From a virus (Duplodnaviria > Caudoviricetes), in IMG/VR virus record IMGVR_UViG_3300050144_000021, positions 1 through 44,795 of that record: a stretch of DNA of 44,795 nt; one strand, 5' to 3'. The notes under the pieces were generated by a model that made no database searches, was not told the origin of the DNA, and saw nothing but the letters and a program-made list of their open reading frames with translations. A program made the translations under genes and the position numbers. The first letter of the stretch is position 1. Every line of letters begins with the position of its first letter. Below, one piece after another: positions 1-5,590 of the stretch.

Positions 1-472
1 TTATTACCCTCTGCTGCTGGCTCGGCCGCTGCAGGCGTAGGCTCTGGCGCTGCAGGCGGCATGAATAGCTCGTCATCGTCGCGGATTGCGCCATCGATGT
101 CTGTGCTTAGAGGCAGGCGTTTGGAGTGCCGTCGCACCACTGTTTTCTTCGCCATCTCAGCGAAGTCGGACACCCATGGCCCTGAGTTACCGCTGCGGCT
201 TCGTGCGCGGATGGCGTTCACATCCTCGACGCTCATGACCTCGCGGGACTTCTCGCCGTCCTTCATGGTGACGATCGAGTAGACCGCGATCAACTTCCCA
301 CGGTTGGCCAGCGCTGGTTTGTGGGTGATGTGCTCCTCGTCGCCAAGGCAGAAGTCGAAGCTGTCATTTTCGTAGACCGCTTGAACGCTCCAGGTGCTGA
401 TCTCTCCTGAGTTGCGCACCAGCTTCATAATGCCGGCCGTCATAGGCATCCATTGCGCCTGGTCTTTAAACG
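1..472. repeat. Terminal direct repeat, copy 1 (imperfect; circular overlap)
   Basis: Matches 44324-44795 colinearly; I counted 18 substitutions, all between positions 114 and 393. Confidence 0.97.
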
Positions 473-713
473 TGACGATCACACCCTCGCGTCCGTCGGC
501 TAGCAGGCCTTGCTGTGCGGCTTTGGTAGCGGCTGCAAACAAGGTCCGGCGGTCGGCGCTAAGTAGGGAGGGGGTTGTTTGTATTGCTGTCATCAACACG
601 CGGACGAATCGCCCGGGACTGACGTGGGTTGGGAGGGCTGCTTTGAATTGCGGCGTCATGGCGGTGAGCTGGGTGCGCACCTGGTCGATTACTGTTGTTA
701 ATTGAGTGGACAT
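1..713 (-). CDS. recT: RecT-family single-strand annealing protein, 5' part (continues across the window end into 44194-44323)
   Basis: ATG at 713 after AAGGAAAACC; translates MSTQLTTVIDQVRTQL...QFKAALPTHVSPGRFVRV...GLLADGREG...MKLVRNSG...PWVSDFAEMAKKTVVRRHSKRLPLS, typical RecT motifs; next to a YqaJ exonuclease. Confidence 0.92.
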   Translation of the reverse strand, partial: MSTQLTTVIDQVRTQLTAMTPQFKAALPTHVSPGRFVRVLMTAIQTTPSLLSADRRTLFAAATKAAQQGLLADGREGVIVTFKDQAQWMPMTAGIMKLVRNSGEISTWSVQAVYENDSFDFCLGDEEHITHKPALANRGKLIAVYSIVTMKDGEKSREVMSVEDVNAIRARSRSGNSGPWVSDFAEMAKKTVVRRHSKRLPLSTDIDGAIRDDDELFMPPAAPEPTPAAAEPAAEGN

Positions 714-780
714 GGTTTTCCTTTGGTTAGTTGATAAATGGTTTGTATTGTGAGAATACAGCAATAGTATAAATCAGGTT

Positions 781-1728
781 TCATTTTGTTTTCTTAGGGT
801 GAACCCTTAGATTTCTAAATCCTTTTCTGCCACCATAAGACGTGCCGACCATGTCGGCTGTGATTAGAGTTGGTGGCGTCTCGGCCTGCAAGGCTGCGGT
901 AATGGTCCATCCTTCGATGAGCACCTTCTCGGCATCACCGATTGCTTCTAGGAGTTGCGCTTTGATGACTTCCTTATCCTCTATGGCGTTTGCCTCGGCA
1001 TCGGACGCTTGTTTGTATTGCGCCACCAGTGCTGCGATATTCACATCATTCGTCGCGTCGAGAATTTTCCCCGGCTGGGCGTACTGATTCAATCGGATGA
1101 CCACCTCGGCGTCTCCTGGCATCACGGGTGGTGGTTCCTCGTGGTTATCCACTGTGCGCCAGAACTCTTTGATGGCCGCTCGCATGGCGCTGATCACCGC
1201 CTCGTCGCGCTCGCGCTCGATGACCACACCTCGGTTGCCGCCAATGAATGCGCCGATGTAGGCTCGCTTGTAACCTGACACCATCATCTGGTGCTGCACC
1301 TGCATCTCGATATGCTCTGGCGCTTCGATGCTGCCGTCGTCGTGTTCGATCCACCCGTTCTTGAATGCGATGTAGTCCACGTTCTTAATCTCGAGGTGGA
1401 CGGGCTCGCCGAGGCTGGTGATCACGAAGTCGAAGCTGGAGCCGGCTCGCTCATCTGGCAGTCGCATGTAGTCTTTGAGTGGCGCGATGGTCCATCCTTG
1501 TTCCTCTGCGACGCCGTGGGCGATGGCCGCCTCCAGTCGGTTGCCCCACTTCATACGCTCGTTGGAGTTGAACTCGGGCGCGATGTCGGAGTGTTTGCGG
1601 TGCCAAAGGTCGAAGCGGGTCATGTAAGGCGACATGCCAAACAGCGCGGCTGATTCTGTGCTGGTCACGTCTTGCTTGCGCATAGCTAGCCAGTCGGCTT
1701 CGTTGATGGGGGTGATGGTTTGTGTCAT
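781..1728 (-). CDS. YqaJ-like (lambda-exonuclease family) recombination nuclease
   Basis: WLAMRK..VTSTESAALFGMSPY, MKWGNRLE, SSFDF, LEIKN, QVQHQMMVSG motifs; GGAG RBS before ATG 1728. Confidence 0.9.
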   Translation of the reverse strand: MTQTITPINEADWLAMRKQDVTSTESAALFGMSPYMTRFDLWHRKHSDIAPEFNSNERMKWGNRLEAAIAHGVAEEQGWTIAPLKDYMRLPDERAGSSFDFVITSLGEPVHLEIKNVDYIAFKNGWIEHDDGSIEAPEHIEMQVQHQMMVSGYKRAYIGAFIGGNRGVVIERERDEAVISAMRAAIKEFWRTVDNHEEPPPVMPGDAEVVIRLNQYAQPGKILDATNDVNIAALVAQYKQASDAEANAIEDKEVIKAQLLEAIGDAEKVLIEGWTITAALQAETPPTLITADMVGTSYGGRKGFRNLRVHPKKTK

Positions 1729-1976
1729 TTTGTAAACTCCTCTAATGCCCATTCAGGCAAAGCCTGTTGAACTAATACCGCATTTAAGTTTGACGAATCA
1801 AAAGAATCTGCAAGCGTAGCAGCTAGGCGCATGTACGCTAGGCATTGTGCCAACTTCCTTTTATGAATAGCCAACATAGCTTCTAGTTCGTCGATCTTCA
1901 ATGCTTGCGTTGCGTGATTGATGTTAATGGCTTCTAGCGCCGTTTGCGTTCTAATTTTCTCTTTGGTATGTGTCAT
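1725..1976 (-). CDS. Hypothetical protein (helical)
   Basis: 83-aa ORF with ATGA overlaps at both ends and an upstream GGAG. Confidence 0.7.
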   Translation of the reverse strand: MTHTKEKIRTQTALEAININHATQALKIDELEAMLAIHKRKLAQCLAYMRLAATLADSFDSSNLNAVLVQQALPEWALEEFTK

Positions 1977-2149
1977 GCTTTCTCTCCTTTGTTAAATTGC
2001 GCCATAAAGTACATCTTCCAAGACTTTGGCAACTTTTTAGTCTTGCGCCAGTTTGAGATAGTGCTGTCGCCTATCTTTAAAGATTCTGCTAGTCTTGCCT
2101 GTGTTTTGTACTGTCGTACCATAAAGTCTAGTAAGTCCATGTCGGTCAT
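1973..2149 (-). CDS. Small Cro-like HTH DNA-binding protein (58 aa, absent from the ORF track)
   Basis: Hand translation MTDMDLLDFMVRQYKTQARLAESLKIGDSTISNWRKTKKLPKSWKMYFMAQFNKGEKA; Q-x-x-LA...STISNW HTH pattern; ATGA-coupled on both sides. Confidence 0.8.
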   Translation of the reverse strand: MTDMDLLDFMVRQYKTQARLAESLKIGDSTISNWRKTKKLPKSWKMYFMAQFNKGEKA

Positions 2150-2451
2150 GCTTGTTCTCCCTTAGCTTTTGTGATTGATTCACGAGCCGCGTAAAACTCA
2201 GGCCAATCCATAGGCGTAGCGCCTTCTTTGTCAATGCGATCGCACAATGAATCAAGTCTATTCAGCAACTCAGGCGCTGCTGCAATCAGGCGGGCGTTGG
2301 CTTTTGTCTCGCCTTCTTCGTCGTCGTGAAAATGAACCGTTGCTATAAAGCTCAGTTGGTCTAGGTCGCGGCTATCAACGATGCGGAACTTTTCGCCGTC
2401 GATGTGGTTTACTGCCCAAGGTGCTGGTGTATGTTTTGCGGCGCCCATCAT
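2146..2451 (-). CDS. Phage hypothetical protein (HTPxPW...ANARLIAAAPELL family)
   Basis: KHTPAPW and ANARLIAAAPELL motifs common in phage early ORFs; ATGA overlap with upstream gene. Confidence 0.8.
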   Translation of the reverse strand: MMGAAKHTPAPWAVNHIDGEKFRIVDSRDLDQLSFIATVHFHDDEEGETKANARLIAAAPELLNRLDSLCDRIDKEGATPMDWPEFYAARESITKAKGEQA

Positions 2452-2654
2452 GCTTCTCCCGTCCCTCTGCATTTATAGCAGGTCGAGCCTTCGTATCGAC
2501 CCTCGCCAGAGCCGGAGCAGTCCGGGCAGATGCCTTTTTCTTCTTCGGCGTCCACACTGATGTATCTGCTGAACATCGGGCGCACTGGCCTGGGCGCGGG
2601 GGGAGGCATCCATGGCCGCAGGGCTTGTGCCATTACTGGGTGTAGGTGGTTCAT
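2448..2654 (-). CDS. Small protein with a DnaJ-type zinc finger (two CxxCxGxG)
   Basis: CPDCSGSG and CYKCRGTG; GGAG RBS; first gene after the leftward promoter. Confidence 0.78.
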   Translation of the reverse strand: MNHLHPVMAQALRPWMPPPAPRPVRPMFSRYISVDAEEEKGICPDCSGSGEGRYEGSTCYKCRGTGEA

Positions 2655-2664
2655 TTTGATCTCC

Positions 2665-2689
2665 AAAAAAACACCGAGGGATTCGGTGC
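2665..2689 (-). terminator. Terminator-like hairpin in the leader of the leftward operon
   Basis: Minus strand GCACCGA-ATCCC-TCGGTGT followed by a T run. Confidence 0.45.
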
Positions 2690-2698
2690 ACGTGGAGA

Positions 2699-2727
2699 AT
2701 TATGCAACGACAATGATATAAACGCAA
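2699..2727 (-). promoter_or_regulatory. Leftward sigma70-type promoter
   Basis: TTGCGT-N17-CATAAT on the minus strand. Confidence 0.7.
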
Positions 2728-2763
2728 CAGTTATTTATAGGAACTTACCCTAACAAGAAAAAC

Positions 2764-2792
2764 TTGCAATGACGGTGAGAAAAGCGCATAAT
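2764..2792 (+). promoter_or_regulatory. Rightward sigma70-type promoter
   Basis: TTGCAA-N17-CATAAT upstream of the Cro-like gene. Confidence 0.72.
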
Positions 2793-2815
2793 TGCGATAT
2801 TCTCAATGTGAGAAT
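2776..2815. promoter_or_regulatory. Cluster of putative operator sites
   Basis: TGAGAAAAGCGCA (2776-2788), TGCGATATTCTCA (2793-2805), and inverted repeat ATTCTCA-ATG-TGAGAAT (2799-2815). Confidence 0.55.
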
Positions 2816-2838
2816 GCCAATTCATAACAAGGAGTTTT

Positions 2839-3063
2839 ATGCGACCAGCAGACATCGTAATCACCAAGTTCGGGGGAGTGCGGCCTTTGGCCCGTCTCTT
2901 ACGAAAAGACCCGAGCACTATTCATCGGTGGCGAATGCCTGCAGCAAAGGGCGGGCTTGATGGGAGGGTTCCGTCGTCGGCGCAGTTGAGGTTGATTGAT
3001 CTCGCCAAAGAGCGCGGCCTTACTTTGACCGCCGAAGATTTAATCACCGGGGACAATTCCTAA
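2839..3063 (+). CDS. Cro-like HTH regulator
   Basis: VITKFGGVRPLARLL..DPSTIHRWR...GRVP pattern; AAGGAG RBS; first rightward gene. Confidence 0.85.
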   Translation: MRPADIVITKFGGVRPLARLLRKDPSTIHRWRMPAAKGGLDGRVPSSAQLRLIDLAKERGLTLTAEDLITGDNS

Positions 3064-3191
3064 TGCTGCATCATAAAAGAGTCAACGCTGGACACACAGA
3101 GAGCCAGCCAGTCGCCCGTGGCAGTTTTATTGCTGTGGATTACCTGTTGATAACCTGCGCCTGTGCGCTGCGGGGGTTGCCAAATGAATAA
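3063..3191 (+). CDS. Possible 42-aa hypothetical protein
   Basis: TAATG overlap with the Cro-like gene and overlap with the next start; no recognisable motif. Confidence 0.35.
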   Translation: MLHHKRVNAGHTESQPVARGSFIAVDYLLITCACALRGLPNE

Positions 3192-3477
3192 AGTTTATAT
3201 CAGCGGCCCAATGACGGGGATTCCTGAGTTCAATTTCCCGGCGTTCAACGCTAAGGCTGCGGAGCTGCGTGCGGGAGGGTGCGAGCCAGTTAGCCCCGTC
3301 GAGAACGGCGTACCTGCTGGGGCTCCATGGGTTGAGCACATGCGGGCAGATATTCGCATGCTGCTCGATTGCGATGGCATCCACATGCTTCCCGGTTGGT
3401 CGAAGTCGCGCGGCGCCACGCTGGAGCACTCGATTGCTGTTCAGCTCGGGCTTCGTGTGACGGGGGTGGTTGCGTGA
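3184..3477 (+). CDS. DUF4406-family protein (nucleoside 2-deoxyribosyltransferase-like fold)
   Basis: VYISGPMTG...NFPAF...CDGIHMLPGWSKSRGATLE signature. Confidence 0.85.
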   Translation: MNKVYISGPMTGIPEFNFPAFNAKAAELRAGGCEPVSPVENGVPAGAPWVEHMRADIRMLLDCDGIHMLPGWSKSRGATLEHSIAVQLGLRVTGVVA

Positions 3478-4859
3478 GCCTGCGGCCTCGGCAGGTGCAG
3501 GCCATCGCGGACGTCACCGATGCGTACCGAACCGGCCACAAGGCGCCGATCATGGTCGCTCCTACCGGCTTCGGGAAAACCCACACCAGCGCGGAGATTA
3601 TCCGTCGCGCGATCGCCAAGGGCCGCCGCGTCTGGTTCCTGGCGCACCTCAAAGAAATCCTCGACGCAACGGCTGGCAAGTTGCGCGACGAGCGTATTGA
3701 TCACGGCTTCGTTATGGCTGGCCGAATGCCTGACCGTCGTCAGCAGGTACAAATCGTGTCTGTGCAGACTGCTGTGCGGCGACTGGACCGGCTGGATAAG
3801 CCCGACCTCATCATCATCGACGAGGCGCACTTGGCTGTGGCTAACACCTACCAAGAGATCATTAAGTGGGCGGGGCCTTTGTGCTGGCGCCTGCTGCTTA
3901 CTGCCACGCCTGTGCGGCTTGATGGCCGTGGAATGGGCGAGGTGGCCGACGTTATTATCAACACTTGCACTACAGGAGAACTTATCGATGAAGGTTTACT
4001 CTCACCAATCAAATATTATGCCCCGTCAGGGCCGGACCTCTCCGGGGTTGCTTCGCTTGGCGGCGACTTCAACCAGGGGCAGCTCGCTGCCGCGATGGAC
4101 AAACCGAAAATTACGGGAAGCGCAGTCAGTCACTACGCAAAACTCGCGCGGAATCGACCAGCTGTGGCGTTCTGTGTCTCTGTTGAACACGCGCAGCACG
4201 TCGCTGGAGAGTTCCGATCGGCAGGCTTCCGCGCAGTCGCAATATCTGGGGAAAGTGATGGACTTATTCGAGAAGCGGCTCTCCGTGATCTACAAGCGGG
4301 TCGAGTGGACGTGGTTTGCAATTGCCAGCTGTGGGTTGCTGGCGTTGATGCTCCGGCCGTAAGTTGCATCATCCAGCTCGCGCCCACGCAATCGTTGGTG
4401 AAGTACCTGCAGTCGATTGGGCGTGGTTTGCGCACGCACCCCGGCAAGCCTGACTGCATCATCTTGGACCATGCGGGTAACTCAGAGCGCCACGGGTCGC
4501 CGCTTCTGGCGCGCGAGTGGAGCTTGGACGCAAAAGCTAAAAAGAAGGGCGCTAAAAAGTCCGAGGTGCCAGTGAAAACCTGCCCGTCGTGCTTTGCCAC
4601 GGTGGCGTCGGCTGCGACCCATTGTTCTTGTGGGCACGAGTTTGCGCCAGTCGCCCGCGAGATTGAGCAGGTCGAGGGTGAGCTTGTCGCCGTTGATCTG
4701 CAGGCTGCACGGGTGGCTGCACGCAAGGAGCAGGGCAAGGCGCAGACCGAGGACGACTTGGTGGCCATTGGTCGCGCTCGCGGGATGCGTAGGCCTGAAT
4801 TGTGGGCCAAACATGTAATCCGAGCCCGTTACGCAAAACAACAGAGGATGAGTGCATGA
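3474..4859 (+). CDS. SF2 DEAH-box helicase with C-terminal zinc finger
   Basis: LRPRQ, APTGFGKT, IIDEAH, TATP, QSIGRGLR, CPSC..CSCG; GTG start in a GTGA overlap. Confidence 0.93.
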   Translation: MSLRPRQVQAIADVTDAYRTGHKAPIMVAPTGFGKTHTSAEIIRRAIAKGRRVWFLAHLKEILDATAGKLRDERIDHGFVMAGRMPDRRQQVQIVSVQTAVRRLDRLDKPDLIIIDEAHLAVANTYQEIIKWAGPLCWRLLLTATPVRLDGRGMGEVADVIINTCTTGELIDEGLLSPIKYYAPSGPDLSGVASLGGDFNQGQLAAAMDKPKITGSAVSHYAKLARNRPAVAFCVSVEHAQHVAGEFRSAGFRAVAISGESDGLIREAALRDLQAGRVDVVCNCQLWVAGVDAPAVSCIIQLAPTQSLVKYLQSIGRGLRTHPGKPDCIILDHAGNSERHGSPLLAREWSLDAKAKKKGAKKSEVPVKTCPSCFATVASAATHCSCGHEFAPVAREIEQVEGELVAVDLQAARVAARKEQGKAQTEDDLVAIGRARGMRRPELWAKHVIRARYAKQQRMSA

Positions 4860-4954
4860 GCGACGAGACTCTAACCATGGCTGGCATTCTGGTGTTGTAC
4901 GGCCTGTTCTGGCTGATCACTGGCTTGGCTGCTGGGAGGTTGCTATGGTGTTAG
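4856..4954 (+). CDS. 32-aa single-TM membrane peptide
   Basis: MSDETLTMAGILVLYGLFWLITGLAAGRLLWC; ATGA-coupled to the helicase. Confidence 0.55.
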   Translation: MSDETLTMAGILVLYGLFWLITGLAAGRLLWC

Positions 4955-5166
4955 TCACACTGATCGACGGGCGTGAGGTCGACAGCGCCAGCGAGCCATG
5001 GAGAGCCGAGTGTGAGGCCCGTCACGTCCTGGCCATGCCGACAATTCAGCGCCGGCGCGAGTACCTAGCCTCCATAGCAAAGAAGCGCGGGAACGTGGCC
5101 GGCTTGGCTCTTGCTGATCTGGTGCGGGCAGTTTGGACGCACAATAGAGCCCATGACCGAAGGTGA
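4945..5166 (+). CDS. Phage hypothetical protein
   Basis: GGAGG RBS; SEPWRAECEARHVL...RREYL..IAKKRG. Confidence 0.7.
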   Translation: MVLVTLIDGREVDSASEPWRAECEARHVLAMPTIQRRREYLASIAKKRGNVAGLALADLVRAVWTHNRAHDRR

Positions 5167-5479
5167 CATCATGCGCTCCGTTATGTTGGCTCTATCAAAC
5201 GAGGGCCACTTCGTCGTGCGTGTGAATGTCGGAAAATTCAAGATGCAAGATGGGCGCTGGTTCGACACTGGGCTGCCAGCTGGGTTTGCTGATCTGTGCG
5301 GCCATCGTGCTGGTGATGCGCGGGCGTTCTACCTCGAAATAAAAACCCCCACCGGGCGCGTGAGGCCCGAGCAGGCTGCGTTCTTGGACGCCATGCGCCG
5401 CAGGGGAGCTATTGCTGGCGTCGCTCGATCTGTTGCCGACGCGATTAATTTGTTGAGAAATTCACACCAGTCGGCGTGA
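5153..5479 (+). CDS. VRR-NUC domain nuclease
   Basis: GFADL...FYLEIKTPTGRVRPEQ..FL PD-(D/E)xK motif. Confidence 0.88.
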   Translation: MTEGDIMRSVMLALSNEGHFVVRVNVGKFKMQDGRWFDTGLPAGFADLCGHRAGDARAFYLEIKTPTGRVRPEQAAFLDAMRRRGAIAGVARSVADAINLLRNSHQSA

Positions 5480-5482
5480 ATC

Positions 5483-5491
5483 TGTTACTAT
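5483..5491 (+). promoter_or_regulatory. Extended -10 promoter
   Basis: TG-T-TACTAT, about 7 nt before the first base of the structured RNA. Confidence 0.55.
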
Positions 5492-5497
5492 GCGTTT

Positions 5498-5554
5498 GGT
5501 GCGGCCTAGGTTGATCCCCGAAGAGACGAATCATCACCGTCCTGGCCTGTCACC
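5498..5554 (+). ncRNA. c4-like antisense/structured RNA upstream of the primase
   Basis: Closing stem GGTG.GGCC.AGG/CCT.GGCC..CACC; inner hairpin GACG-AATCATCAC-CGTC whose loop is complementary to downstream GTGATG (5563-5568) and TGATGA (5576-5581). Confidence 0.6.
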
Positions 5555-5590
5555 TCATTTATGTGATGCGGTTTCTGATGAAGGCCATTT

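Noticed and set aside
1-472. Imperfect repeat pair as the TR/VR of a diversity-generating retroelement (a BPP-1 hallmark)
   Set aside because: Mismatches are not adenine-specific on either strand, are almost all synonymous and lie in recT; no reverse transcriptase is present.
3369-3473. Longer ORF-track starts for the helicase (3369), TerL (9902), endolysin (39634) and 42974-43552
   Set aside because: These extensions overlap upstream genes extensively; the downstream starts have RBS or stop/start coupling and begin at the conserved domain.
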